Shown here one piece after another: positions 47,312 through 57,589 of a DNA stretch of 64,000 nt; positions within the stretch are counted from its first letter, which is position 1, and each line of letters starts with the position of its first letter. The stretch is from an uncultured Chloroflexota bacterium. Its GTDB lineage: Bacteria > Chloroflexota > Anaerolineae > Anaerolineales > Anaerolineaceae. The stretch lies in NCBI GenBank assembly GCA_902786265.1, contig CADACE010000025.1, forward strand, positions 4,950-68,949, read 5' to 3'. The notes under the pieces were generated by a model that worked only from the letters and a program-made list of their open reading frames with translations, had not been told where the DNA came from and searched no databases. The position numbers were made by a program, and so were the translations under genes.

Positions 47312-48442
47312 ATGGCACAAAAAATCAAAGCAGGAATTATCGGATGCGGAAAGGTCGGCCCTTTCCATGCTGCCGCTTATCAGAAAATTGAAGACTGCGA
47401 ACTTTGCGCGGTTTTTGACGTACAGGAAGAACGGGCAAAAGCCTTTGCGGAAAAATACGGAGCGAAAGCCTATACCTCCATTGAAGCGATGGTGAAGGAT
47501 AACGGACTGGATGTGGTCAGTGTCTGTACGCCGCATCCGGTGCATCGTCAGGCTGCTGTGGAGGCTTTGCGCGCCGGTGCGAACATCGCGATCGAAAAAC
47601 CGCTGGCTTCTTCACTTGAGGACTGTGATGCCATTCTTGAAGCTGCCCATGAGAGTCATGCGGTCGGTACAGCGATCTGCCAGCGCCGCTTTTTCCCGCC
47701 TTCCATGCGGATCCGCAAAGCCATTGACGAGGGGAAGATCGGTAAACCGATCCTCGGTACGGTCAACATGTACGGCTGGCGCGACGCCGCTTATTACGCG
47801 TCTGATCCGTGGCGCGGCACCTGGAAAGGCGAAGGCGGCGGTGTGCTGGTCAACCAGGCGCCTCACCAGCTTGATCTGCTGCTGTGGTACATGGGTGAGA
47901 TCGAGGAACTGTATGGCATGTGGGACACCCTCAACCATCCGGGACTGGAAGTGGAAGATACCGCTGTCGCGGTGATCCGCTTCAAAAACGGCGGTCTGGG
48001 GAATATTGTTGTCAGTAATTCCCAGAATCCCGCGCTTTACGGGAAGGTCCATGTCCATGGAAGCAACGGCGCCTCTGTCGGTGTACAGACCGACGGCGGG
48101 GCGATGTTCATCGCGGGTGTCTCTTCCATCACGGAAGCACCCTATAACGATGTCTGGACCGTCCCCGGAGAAGAAGGCTGTAAGGATCAATGGAAAGCGG
48201 AAGATGAGGCATATTTCCAAACGATCGATGCCACCACACACTTCCATTATGTCCAGCTCAAAGATTTTGTTGACGCGCTCCGTGAAGGCCGCCGGCCTCT
48301 GATTTCCCTCGAGGACGCCCGGCAGACCGTTGAATTATTCACCGCAATTTACCGCTCGCAGCGTGACCGGAAACCCATTGCCTTCCCGCTGAAGGGCGAA
48401 TACGGAAATGATTATGACGGAAGGATCGGAAAGGCGCATTAA
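47312..48442 (+). CDS. Gfo/Idh/MocA oxidoreductase
   Basis: GIIGCG, EKPLA, WRGTWKGEGGGVLVNQAPH. Confidence 0.9.
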   Translation: MAQKIKAGIIGCGKVGPFHAAAYQKIEDCELCAVFDVQEERAKAFAEKYGAKAYTSIEAMVKDNGLDVVSVCTPHPVHRQAAVEALRAGANIAIEKPLASSLEDCDAILEAAHESHAVGTAICQRRFFPPSMRIRKAIDEGKIGKPILGTVNMYGWRDAAYYASDPWRGTWKGEGGGVLVNQAPHQLDLLLWYMGEIEELYGMWDTLNHPGLEVEDTAVAVIRFKNGGLGNIVVSNSQNPALYGKVHVHGSNGASVGVQTDGGAMFIAGVSSITEAPYNDVWTVPGEEGCKDQWKAEDEAYFQTIDATTHFHYVQLKDFVDALREGRRPLISLEDARQTVELFTAIYRSQRDRKPIAFPLKGEYGNDYDGRIGKAH

Positions 48443-48462
48443 TGATTTGTTCAAGGAATAAC

Positions 48463-48491
48463 TTGATTAACATCGGGTTTGTTTGTATAAT
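48463..48491 (+). promoter_or_regulatory. Sigma70-type promoter
   Basis: TTGATT, 17 bp spacer, TATAAT. Confidence 0.55.
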
Positions 48492-48524
48492 TTAAGTTAG
48501 TTTGCAGTAGAAAGGACCTGTCTT

Positions 48525-49421
48525 ATGGCTTTGATCGTTACCAACAGCCGGGAAATGACCGACTTCCAGCCGAAAAAGGATTTCTTTGTCGGCATTGATT
48601 CGGATGGCTGTGTTTTTGACGCCATGGAAATCAAACATAAGGAATGTTTTATTCCGAACACTGTGAATGCCTGGCGGCTGCAGACTGTTTCCCGCTATGC
48701 GCGGGAGGTTCACGAATTTGTGAATCTTTATTCCAAATGGCGCGGCCTGAACCGGTGGCGGAACATCATCAGAACTATGGATCTGCTGCGTGACCATCCG
48801 GGCGTAAAGCGCTGCGGCTTTGAAGTGATGCGGTTGGATGGCATCCGCGGATTTGTTGAAAGCGGGACGAAACTCAGCGACGCCGGACTGTTTTCATATA
48901 TGCGGACTCACTTTGAGCCTGATCTACAGATCGGTGTCCAGTGGTCCTCTGATGTGAATGCGGCGATTGAACGGATCGTTCACGGAATGATGCCTTTTGC
49001 TCCGGTGAAACCAAGCTTTGAGGCGTTAGCTCCTCATGCGGATCTTGCCTGTGTTTCCGCGACACGTAATGTTGACCTTGCGCGGGAGTGGACGTTCGCG
49101 GGCATTCTGGATGATGTGGAGCTGCTGTGCGGCCAGGAAGTCGGGAATAAAGAACAGATCCTGCATTTGACCGCGGAAGGAAAATACCCGAAAAATCATG
49201 TCCTGATGATGGGCGACGCGCCGGGAGATATGGAAGCTGCCCACGCCACAGGCGCTTTGTTCTTCCCGATCAATCCGGGGTATGAAGCTGATTCGTGGGA
49301 TCGGTTTTACAGTGAAGGGTATAAGAAGTTTTTGGAAGGAACTTACGCATGCGAATATGAAGCAAAACTCATCCGCGAGTTTGAAAGCCTGCTGCCGGAA
49401 GTTCCGCCATGGCAAAAATAG
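48525..49421 (+). CDS. HAD-family hydrolase
   Basis: IDSDGC (DxD), VSAT, K, MGDAPGD. Confidence 0.85.
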   Translation: MALIVTNSREMTDFQPKKDFFVGIDSDGCVFDAMEIKHKECFIPNTVNAWRLQTVSRYAREVHEFVNLYSKWRGLNRWRNIIRTMDLLRDHPGVKRCGFEVMRLDGIRGFVESGTKLSDAGLFSYMRTHFEPDLQIGVQWSSDVNAAIERIVHGMMPFAPVKPSFEALAPHADLACVSATRNVDLAREWTFAGILDDVELLCGQEVGNKEQILHLTAEGKYPKNHVLMMGDAPGDMEAAHATGALFFPINPGYEADSWDRFYSEGYKKFLEGTYACEYEAKLIREFESLLPEVPPWQK

Positions 49422-49526
49422 GAAATCATTCAGAAGACGCCTTCCGGGGCTGTTCCCGGAGAAGGATCTCAGAATTATATACAATGAAGTTACAAGACCG
49501 GTTGGAGACCGGCAGAGGTGGAGCTC

Positions 49527-49916
49527 ATGAAAATCTATGAATCAGCTGAAGATTACCTGGAAATGATCCTGGTTTTGAAGAAGAAAAAAGGGTCTGTTCA
49601 TTCAATTGATATTGCGCGTGAAATGAATTTCTCAAAACCCAGCGTCAGTATCGCGATGAAAAAATTGAAAGAAGAAAATCTGATAACGATCAATGAAAAT
49701 CGTGAGATCGATTTGACAGACTCGGGTCGGGAAATCGCGGAAACCATTTACGAACGGCATATTGTGCTCAGCGAGATCCTGAAAAAACTGGGCGTGGAGG
49801 AAACCACCGCGGTCAAAGAAGCCTGCCGGATCGAACATGTCATCAGCCAGGATTCATTCGAAAAAATCAAAGAAGCACTCAAGAGAGGAAATTATCTCGA
49901 AGCGCCTCTGTCATAA
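49527..49916 (+). CDS. DtxR/MntR-family metal-dependent transcriptional regulator
   Basis: EDYLEMI, SIDIAREMNFSKPSVS, ERH, EACRIEHVIS. Confidence 0.92.
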   Translation: MKIYESAEDYLEMILVLKKKKGSVHSIDIAREMNFSKPSVSIAMKKLKEENLITINENREIDLTDSGREIAETIYERHIVLSEILKKLGVEETTAVKEACRIEHVISQDSFEKIKEALKRGNYLEAPLS

Positions 49917-49930
49917 AGCTTGTTCTTCCG

Positions 49931-49978
49931 AATAAAAAACAGGGCATCGAAAAGTGTTTTCAATGCCCTGTTTTTATT
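49931..49978. terminator. Bidirectional intrinsic terminator
   Basis: aataaaaaacagggcat / atgccctgttttttatt. Confidence 0.85.
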
Positions 49979-49983
49979 ATTCG

Positions 49984-50910
49984 TCAGTCTTCCTGCTCTG
50001 ATTTACCGTTATAAATGTCAGCCAGGACTTTTATCTTATTGATGATATCCCGCCATTGAACCTGCGAGACACCCATTTTGCCGCGGATCAATTCCAGCGG
50101 AACGCCTTCAACATAATCTTTGACAAAGCATGTCCAGCGGCACATGGCAAAAGACAGGTGTTTGGTTAATCCCGCATCTTTGCCGATGTCCTCAAGAAGA
50201 TATTCCAGACGGCGCGGGGACCAGGGGAAGAGCTTGTCGGTCGGCCGGTATTGCTCAATATACTCATCCAGGACAGGAAGCAGGTTAACGGGCAGGCTGA
50301 TCGTCCGTTCTTTCGCGCGGTTTCCGAGTGTTCCGTAACGGATATGGAGCTTCGGCTTTAGAGGATCTTCCCGGTCGATATGATTTTTGGAAATACCCAG
50401 GGTTTCGCTCTTTTTGATCCCGGTTGAAAGGAGCAGCTGAAGAAGCAGCATATTCCGCGCATCTGGCTTTTTCTGGGTCCGGTATGCATTTGCCGCGTTC
50501 AAAACTGATTCGACTTCCTCTTTAGTCAGGATTTCCGGCATAGGAGAAACAACAGGTTTCTGGTCGATGGCCGCTGCCGGATCATTTTCAATGATCCCGA
50601 AGGTCGTCAGCCATTTGAAAAAAGACTTGATCGAGGTGATACGGCGGGAGTTCGTCTTGGGACTGCAGGGAACCTGCCGTTCATTGTTCATCCAATCCAA
50701 AAAATTGGAGATATCTTTTGTTGAAACGGAACCGATTGATTTATCCGGTGAAAAATAAGAAGCCAGCAGTTGTATATCCCCTTTAAATGCCTTGATCGTG
50801 TAGATCGATTTGTTTTGATCGATCAGGTAGCCTTCCCAGGCACGGATCGCGACAGGAAAGGTCGATTCGGCATTAATAAAATGGTTTGAATCTGCGCTGC
50901 TATTGTACAT
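49984..50910 (-). CDS. XerC/D-like tyrosine-recombinase-fold protein with degenerate active site
   Basis: N-terminal SAM-like domain (SIYTIKAF, SPKTNSRRITSIKSFFKWL), PEILT; TGIKKSE, AMCRWT, KMGV. Confidence 0.8.
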   Translation of the reverse strand: MYNSSADSNHFINAESTFPVAIRAWEGYLIDQNKSIYTIKAFKGDIQLLASYFSPDKSIGSVSTKDISNFLDWMNNERQVPCSPKTNSRRITSIKSFFKWLTTFGIIENDPAAAIDQKPVVSPMPEILTKEEVESVLNAANAYRTQKKPDARNMLLLQLLLSTGIKKSETLGISKNHIDREDPLKPKLHIRYGTLGNRAKERTISLPVNLLPVLDEYIEQYRPTDKLFPWSPRRLEYLLEDIGKDAGLTKHLSFAMCRWTCFVKDYVEGVPLELIRGKMGVSQVQWRDIINKIKVLADIYNGKSEQED

Positions 50911-51136
50911 ATACCGTGTCCTTTCTTGTTATAAATAATTATCAGTATGGTACCGGAGCGTAAAAAAAAATGATAATTGCTTAATATTTTGTGTCCGGTA
51001 TTGTCTGACATTGTTTATTATAATGTATTTTATATTTTGTAAAATGTCAATTCTACAAATAAAATTATATTTTTTCCCCTCTGAATGGTAAAATTATCTT
51101 TGTGATTTTTATGACGCAAAATCACGGTAAACAGGT

Positions 51137-52615
51137 ATGAAAAGAAGCAATACGATCGCAATACTTTCCTGGATTTCATTGGGACTGATTTTTCTGGCTG
51201 TGATGCTGACCGGTTTTCAGCTGATCCGTTACAGTCAGATGCGTTCCAATTATCCTTTGGACCTGACCATCGGTGATATCCCGGTCGGCGGGTTAAATTC
51301 GACACAGGCGGCAGAACGTCTGATCCGTGCTTATGGTATTCCGATCGAAATGGTTTACGGGGATTCCGTGATCCAGGTCAGTCCGTCTTCCATCGGTTTT
51401 TCACTGAACCTTGAAACCATGCTGGCAGCTGCCGATCTTCAGCGTACCCGCCGCGGATTCTGGGAAGATTTCTGGAATTATATCTGGAATTCTCTGCCGA
51501 AACCGCAGCCGGTCCCGCTTTCGGCGACGATCTCTGAAGAACGTCTGCGGGACTACCTGGTGAATGAAATTGTCCCGCGCTATGACCAGATGGCAAAAGC
51601 CCCGATCCCGGTGCAGGGCTCTGTCGGATTTTCACAAGGCGAATCCGGTCGGGAACTGGATATCAACCGGTCGATCACGCTGGTTCAGCAGGCGCTGCGT
51701 TCCTCATCGGAACGGCGTGTTTCCCTGCCTTATAACCGCACCGCGCCGCCGCAGGCTTCTTCGATCAGTCTGGAATATATGATCCGCCAGATCCTTCAGC
51801 AAAATGAATTTGACGGTGTTGCTGAATTTTACATTCTGGACCTTGACCGAAGAAATGAGATCAGCCTCGCGTTTTCGGATCTGCAAAGCATCCCGACAGG
51901 TGTTTCATTCACCGCGGCTTCAACCATCAAAGTGCCGATCATGATCTATACCTTCGCCAACCGGGATCTGCCGCTGCCGGATGCCATGCAGCGCAGCCTG
52001 GAATTAATGATCGAAATTTCCGAAAACTCTCCGGCTGATGACCTGCTGCAGGCGATCAGCGGCAATATGGCTCCGAACCTGTTTACGGATGACCTGCACA
52101 AGATGGGGTATACCAACACCTTTTTGGGCGGCCTTTTTTATAACGGTGCCCCGCTGCTGACACAGCACAGCACCACCGCGAATTCCCGCAAAGATGTCAA
52201 TACGGATCCGGATGCTTATAACCAGACGACTGCCATCGATATGGGGATGATGCTGGATGACCTTTACCTCTGCTCCGTATATAACGGCGGGGCGCTGAAA
52301 GCCTTTTACGGTGACAGGCTGACGCAGCAGGAATGCACGACGATGATCGAAGAGCTTTCCAAAAACAAAACGGCGGTGCTGCTGGAGGCCGGTATTCCGG
52401 AAACTGTCCGTGTTTCCCATAAACACGGGTGGATCCTGGAGCGGGACGGGCTGATCCATAACATCAGCGACGCGGGGATCGTATATTCCCCGAAGGCGAC
52501 TTATGTCTTTGTCATGTTTTTTTATCATCCCGATCAACTGGTTTTTGATCCGACAAACCTGATGGCTTCCCAGATCTCCAATGCTGTATATCAGTATTTC
52601 AACCAGTCGAATTAG
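51137..52615 (+). CDS. Membrane-anchored class A beta-lactamase-like serine hydrolase with putative PG-binding domain
   Basis: N-terminal TM; AASTIK (SxxK), SEN, HKHG; IGDIPVGGL N-domain. Confidence 0.8.
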   Translation: MKRSNTIAILSWISLGLIFLAVMLTGFQLIRYSQMRSNYPLDLTIGDIPVGGLNSTQAAERLIRAYGIPIEMVYGDSVIQVSPSSIGFSLNLETMLAAADLQRTRRGFWEDFWNYIWNSLPKPQPVPLSATISEERLRDYLVNEIVPRYDQMAKAPIPVQGSVGFSQGESGRELDINRSITLVQQALRSSSERRVSLPYNRTAPPQASSISLEYMIRQILQQNEFDGVAEFYILDLDRRNEISLAFSDLQSIPTGVSFTAASTIKVPIMIYTFANRDLPLPDAMQRSLELMIEISENSPADDLLQAISGNMAPNLFTDDLHKMGYTNTFLGGLFYNGAPLLTQHSTTANSRKDVNTDPDAYNQTTAIDMGMMLDDLYLCSVYNGGALKAFYGDRLTQQECTTMIEELSKNKTAVLLEAGIPETVRVSHKHGWILERDGLIHNISDAGIVYSPKATYVFVMFFYHPDQLVFDPTNLMASQISNAVYQYFNQSN

Positions 52616-52716
52616 CTTTGGGCAGTCAGCTGTCAAAGCACAGCAGTCAGAAAATATTGAAATATGAGCTTACAATTACACTTTATGAGAATTTTGAATA
52701 GAAGGAACGCTTGTTT

Positions 52717-55700
52717 ATGAATGAAGAAAAAACAAATAAAATCGCGTGGCTTGAAAAACCTGTAATGAAGGCTTTTCCGCTCTTCTCATGGGAAAAACTG
52801 ATCCTTACAGTCATCATCATTTTGGCGGTTTTGAGCCGCTTTATCCTGATCGGTTCCCGCGTGATGTCACATGACGAGATCAACCATGTCACACCGGCTT
52901 ACAGCCTTTACCAGGGAAACGGGTATGCCCATAATCCGGTCACGCACGGGCCTTTCCAGTTCCATATGCTGGCATTGTCTTATTTTATCTTTGGAGACAG
53001 TGATTTTTCTTCCCGTATTCCTGCCGCTGCCTTCAGTCTTGCGGCTGTGATATTTGTCCTTTACGCTTTCCGCAGGTATCTCGGTCGGGTCGGAACACTG
53101 CTGGGAGGTTTGTTTTTTCTGGTTTCTCCTTATATTCTCTTCTACGGACGCTATACCCGGAATGAAGCTTTCATTGAGCTTTTCGCGGTTTTGACTTTTT
53201 ACGCCTTTTACCGCTACTATGAGAAACGGGACAATAAATCCCTGTACCTTCTCGCGGTAACAACTTCACTCCAGTTCACTACAAAAGAAGTGGCATATTT
53301 TTACTGTGCGCAGCTGCTGCTTTTCTGCGGTTTTCTTTTCCTGCGGGAATTGTGGCAGATGCCTTGGGAAAACACCAAAACCCGGGCGAATTCCGCCAGT
53401 TATTTTCTGGGCGGGCTTCTGTTTATTCTCGGCGCCCTGCTGGCCTGGATGCTTCTGAAGAGCGATGAAACTTCCCTGCCGCTGCTTTCTCTGGTGCTCG
53501 GAGGGATCGGGCTTGTTGTGGTTCTGTGGTGGATCTTCTATACGGTCCGGGCTTTGGGGTGGAAAACAATACGTACATCTCCTTCGTTCAATCTCATTGT
53601 TTTCCTGGGTGCGCTGATCCTGCCGCAGCTGACCGCGTTTCCGGTCCATCTGATCGGCTGGGATCCGCTTGATTACAGCGCTTCGGGGATCCTGCATACA
53701 GGGATCGTCCTGGTGATCCTTACTGCACTGTCCTTTGCGATCGGTATCTGGTGGAACCGTTCTGTTTTTTTGAAAAGCGCCGCGGCGTTTTACATGATTT
53801 TTGTCTTTTTCTACACCACCGTTTTTACAAATATCCACGGATTTTTCACCGGCATCATCGGCGGGTTGGGGTACTGGCTTTCGCAGCAGTCCGTTCAGCG
53901 CGGCGGTCAGCCGATATACTATTACGCGCTCATCCAGCTGCCGGTTTATGAGTTTGCTGCCATAGCGGGAACGATCCTTGCGCTGGCGATCGCGATCAAA
54001 AAACGCAGGTTCTGGACCGTTCCGGGAGATATTCTTTCTTACAAACCGGAAGATGAAGTGATCATCATTTCAGAGGACCTTCCGGCGGAGCAAGAGGAAA
54101 ATACGGAAGTGCCGGCGGAGGAACTCAGCGAGTATTATTCATTAACCGGTGAAGATTTGGAAGAAGAAACCCCTGCCGCGGCAGAAAAGCCCGATATGCC
54201 GGAACCTGAGACGGAAGGATCAGATGATGAAAATGTCTTGGATCCGGCTGAAGAAGATGAAGCTGCTGAAGTACTTCCCGCACCTGTATCCGGGAGCAAA
54301 GAACTGCCGGTTTTGCTTTTCCTGATCTATTGGGGGATCTCATCACTGGCTGCTTATTCCGTTGCCGGCGAAAAAATGCCGTGGCTGACAGTCCATATTG
54401 CCATTCCTCTGGCGCTTTCCGCGTCTTGGGGGCTGGGATATCTCATCGAAGTGATGCCCTGGAAGAGGATCTTTTCAAAAGACGGCTGGCTTGGTTTTCT
54501 GGGTATGGTCATTGCCGTTATCGGCGGCTGCGGGCTCATCACGGTTTTCAACAGCATTCCCCAGCCCTTCTCCGGAAAGGACCTGGAACAGCTCAGGGCG
54601 ACTTTCCGTCTGGTGACAGTTCTGGTCTTCCTGGCGGCCGGTATTCTGATGATGCTGCGTTTCTGGAAAAAATGGCGTGCAGCGGTGATCCTGGAGATCC
54701 TTTCGCTGTGTATCATGATGGTATTGCTCGTGCTGCAGACCCGTACGGCGTTTGTTTCCAGTTTCGTCAACTATGACTATGCCAATGAACTCCTGGTCTA
54801 CGCTCATGGCGGACCGGGGTCAAAAGTCGCTTTTGAGATGATCGAAGACCTCGGTACGAAGACAGGATTGGGAAAGCGGATCGGTGTTGCTTATGATAAT
54901 GACACCAATTATCCTTTCTGGTGGTACCTGCGGGATTATACGAACAAAAAATATTTTGGGGAGGATAACCCGACGCGCGACCTGCGCAATTATGATGTGA
55001 TCACAGCGAACACGACAAAAGAATCCCGGTTGGAACCGATCGTCAAAGACGGCTATTACCGCTATGAATATATCCGTCTCTGGTGGCCGAACCAGGATTA
55101 TTTTAATCTGACCCCCGGGCGCATCATCAGCTCATTAGCAAATCCGCAGATGCGTTCAGCGCTCTTCAAAATCTGGCTGGACCGCGATTATTCCGAATAC
55201 GCGAAGGTGACCGGAAAAACATCCCTGACCCGGGAGACCTGGGAGCCGAGTTCCCGCATGGTGATGTTTATCCGCAAGGACCTGATGAATCGCATCTGGG
55301 CTGTCGGGAACGGACAGCTGATCTCTGACGGCACTGCGTTTACCGTTGATAACGAGGAAGCTGTGTTTACACAGCTGCAGCCGGTGCTTTCCATCGGCAG
55401 GTATGGAACTGAAAATGGAAGCTTCCAAAAACCTCGCAATGCCGCGCTCTCTCCTGACGGCGAACGTATTTATGTGCTGGATTCCGGTAATAACCGGGTG
55501 CAGTATTTCGATAAGAACGGTCTGTACCTCGGACAATGGAACAGTGCTGCCGGTGTCGGTTTTTCCGAGCCCTGGGGCATTGCCGCGGACAGCAAGGGCA
55601 ATGTATATATCGCCGATACATGGAACAACCGTATTGTGAAGTGCGACGCGGACGGGAATTTCCTGACGCAGTGGGGTGCCAATGATCCCTATAACCCGGG

Positions 55701-56244
55701 CGGCAGTTTCTACGGGCCTCGGGCGATCGCCATCAGCTCGGAGGATATCGTCTATGTCTGCGATACCGGTTACAAGCGCATCATGATCTATGATGAAAAC
55801 GGCAATTACCTGCGCAAATTCGGCGTTTCCGGAATGGGAATGGGCGAACTGGATGAACCGGTCGGGATCGCTCTCCTGGATGATGAGCATCTTGCAGTAG
55901 CTGATACATGGAACCAGCGGGTTCAGGTCTTCAATGTTTCCGACAAAGGACTGCAGAACGGTGTGACTCTGGTCTTTGATGTGAACGCGTGGTATACGCA
56001 GTCACTGAACAACAAACCGTATATCACCGGTTCTGCCGCCTCCGGAGCGATATTCCTCACCGACCCGGAAGGAAGCCTGGTCCATCAGTATGATATGAAC
56101 GGGAAACTGGTGCGGACTTGGAACGGGGATGGCGGGGATATTGACCGCTTCAGTATGCCGACCGGCATCACCATGGGTCCGGATGGCAGCATTTGGGTGG
56201 TCGATACGGAAAACTGCCGGGTGAATAAGTTCATTCTGCCCTGA
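52717..56244 (+). CDS. TIGR03663-like GT-C membrane protein with C-terminal NHL-repeat beta-propeller
   Basis: MSHDEINH, HGP, RYTRNE, EKMPWL; NHL repeats PWGIA..YIADTWNNRI. Confidence 0.8.
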   Translation: MNEEKTNKIAWLEKPVMKAFPLFSWEKLILTVIIILAVLSRFILIGSRVMSHDEINHVTPAYSLYQGNGYAHNPVTHGPFQFHMLALSYFIFGDSDFSSRIPAAAFSLAAVIFVLYAFRRYLGRVGTLLGGLFFLVSPYILFYGRYTRNEAFIELFAVLTFYAFYRYYEKRDNKSLYLLAVTTSLQFTTKEVAYFYCAQLLLFCGFLFLRELWQMPWENTKTRANSASYFLGGLLFILGALLAWMLLKSDETSLPLLSLVLGGIGLVVVLWWIFYTVRALGWKTIRTSPSFNLIVFLGALILPQLTAFPVHLIGWDPLDYSASGILHTGIVLVILTALSFAIGIWWNRSVFLKSAAAFYMIFVFFYTTVFTNIHGFFTGIIGGLGYWLSQQSVQRGGQPIYYYALIQLPVYEFAAIAGTILALAIAIKKRRFWTVPGDILSYKPEDEVIIISEDLPAEQEENTEVPAEELSEYYSLTGEDLEEETPAAAEKPDMPEPETEGSDDENVLDPAEEDEAAEVLPAPVSGSKELPVLLFLIYWGISSLAAYSVAGEKMPWLTVHIAIPLALSASWGLGYLIEVMPWKRIFSKDGWLGFLGMVIAVIGGCGLITVFNSIPQPFSGKDLEQLRATFRLVTVLVFLAAGILMMLRFWKKWRAAVILEILSLCIMMVLLVLQTRTAFVSSFVNYDYANELLVYAHGGPGSKVAFEMIEDLGTKTGLGKRIGVAYDNDTNYPFWWYLRDYTNKKYFGEDNPTRDLRNYDVITANTTKESRLEPIVKDGYYRYEYIRLWWPNQDYFNLTPGRIISSLANPQMRSALFKIWLDRDYSEYAKVTGKTSLTRETWEPSSRMVMFIRKDLMNRIWAVGNGQLISDGTAFTVDNEEAVFTQLQPVLSIGRYGTENGSFQKPRNAALSPDGERIYVLDSGNNRVQYFDKNGLYLGQWNSAAGVGFSEPWGIAADSKGNVYIADTWNNRIVKCDADGNFLTQWGANDPYNPGGSFYGPRAIAISSEDIVYVCDTGYKRIMIYDENGNYLRKFGVSGMGMGELDEPVGIALLDDEHLAVADTWNQRVQVFNVSDKGLQNGVTLVFDVNAWYTQSLNNKPYITGSAASGAIFLTDPEGSLVHQYDMNGKLVRTWNGDGGDIDRFSMPTGITMGPDGSIWVVDTENCRVNKFILP

Positions 56245-56270
56245 TCCGGTTTTTGAGTGGAGTAATAATA

Positions 56271-56299
56271 AAAATACCCGCAGCTGCTGCGGGTATTTT
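56271..56299. terminator. Bidirectional intrinsic terminator
   Basis: aaaatacccgcagc / gctgcgggtatttt. Confidence 0.8.
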
Positions 56300-56324
56300 C
56301 ATGTGTCAGTAAGTTATTCTGCGC

Positions 56325-56552
56325 TTATTTTGAAAGAAGCTTCACAACGTCGCCAACGGTTTTGATGCCGGTGGCATCTTCATCGGAAATGGTGACGTTG
56401 AATTTTTCGCTGAAGCCGTCGATGAGGAAGAACTGATCCATGGAATCGGCCTTCAGGTCTTCAATAAAGCGGGTTTCCGGCGTGATGTTGGCGCCGTCAA
56501 TTTTCAGAACATCGCAAATAACACTTTTTACATCTTCAAAAACTGAATCCAT
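56325..56552 (-). CDS. acpP: Acyl carrier protein
   Basis: 75 aa, acidic; EDLKADSMD phosphopantetheine site; IKTVGD; RBS GGAGG. Confidence 0.85.
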   Translation of the reverse strand: MDSVFEDVKSVICDVLKIDGANITPETRFIEDLKADSMDQFFLIDGFSEKFNVTISDEDATGIKTVGDVVKLLSK

Positions 56553-56717
56553 ATTTCCTCCGGTTCAATATTGATGTATTTCATTCCTATTTTATCATGA
56601 ATCCTGAGATACCGCTACCTGCTTCCATAAATAGTACAGCCGGCATAATGAATAAGCTCTGCGCAGGTGCAGTTTGTTTGGAATTATTGCCTGTTTCTGC
56701 GGAAATCAAAGCCGATG

Positions 56718-56726
56718 TGGTATAAT
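56718..56726 (+). promoter_or_regulatory. Extended -10 promoter of suf operon
   Basis: TGgTATAAT. Confidence 0.55.
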
Positions 56727-56802
56727 GCGGTGTTATACAGGACCAATGTGCCTATCGGACTTTGGTATCTGATTTTATGCGTTAAATTATCAGGAGTGAT
56801 TC

Positions 56803-57555
56803 ATGAGCGGATTAGAGATCAGAAACCTATACGTCAGCGTTCACGAAAAGCAGATCATCGAAAATTTTTCACTCGCCGTTCCGAAAGGCGAGATCCACGC
56901 CATTATGGGCCCGAACGGGACCGGGAAATCGACCCTTTCCTATACTATTATGGGCCATCCGGCATATAAACCTTCTTCCGGTGATATTTTGATGAACGGC
57001 GAGCGTATCAACGACTGGACGCCGGATAAGCGTTCTCATGCAGGTCTCTTCCTCGCGCTGCAGTATCCTGTCGCTGTCCCCGGTGTTACCGTCGCGAATT
57101 TCCTGCGCACGGCGCTGAACACCCAGCGTAAAGCCCGCGATCCGGAGGATCACGGCATCCCCGTTCCCGCTTTCCGCAAACTGCTGCGGGAAAAGATGGG
57201 AAAACTCAAGATGGATTCCTCCTTTGCTTCCCGCTATCTGAACGACGGTTTTTCCGGCGGTGAAAAGAAACGCACCGAGATCCTGCAAATGGCCGTGCTG
57301 CAGCCGGAGATCGCCATTCTGGACGAAATCGACTCAGGTCTTGACATTGACGCGCTGCGCATCGTTGCGGAAGGTGTCAACATGCTGGTGCAGGAAAACG
57401 GTATGGGCGTGCTTGTGATCACCCATTACCAGCGGCTGCTGGACTACATCAAACCGGACGCTGTCCATGTGATGATGGATGGCCACATTGTCCGCTCCGG
57501 CGATGATTCTCTCGCTCTGGAATTGGAAGAAAAAGGCTACGAGTGGCTGAAATAA
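56803..57555 (+). CDS. sufC: Fe-S assembly ATPase SufC
   Basis: [26 protein letters not shown]. Confidence 0.95.
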   Translation: MSGLEIRNLYVSVHEKQIIENFSLAVPKGEIHAIMGPNGTGKSTLSYTIMGHPAYKPSSGDILMNGERINDWTPDKRSHAGLFLALQYPVAVPGVTVANFLRTALNTQRKARDPEDHGIPVPAFRKLLREKMGKLKMDSSFASRYLNDGFSGGEKKRTEILQMAVLQPEIAILDEIDSGLDIDALRIVAEGVNMLVQENGMGVLVITHYQRLLDYIKPDAVHVMMDGHIVRSGDDSLALELEEKGYEWLK

Positions 57556-57589
57556 GAGTGCAGTGTTAAGAGTGAAGAGTGAAGCGAAA

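Noticed and set aside
48492-48510. DtxR/MntR operator (ttaagttagtttgcagtag) upstream of the HAD-mntR genes
   Set aside because: Only one half resembles the DtxR palindrome
49984-50910. Integrase marking a prophage or ICE
   Set aside because: Flanked by core genes; no att/tRNA site, phage or conjugation genes; active site degenerate
51137-52615. Beta-lactam resistance gene
   Set aside because: Membrane-anchored with a large N-terminal domain and variant motifs (SEN, KHG); more likely a cell-wall enzyme
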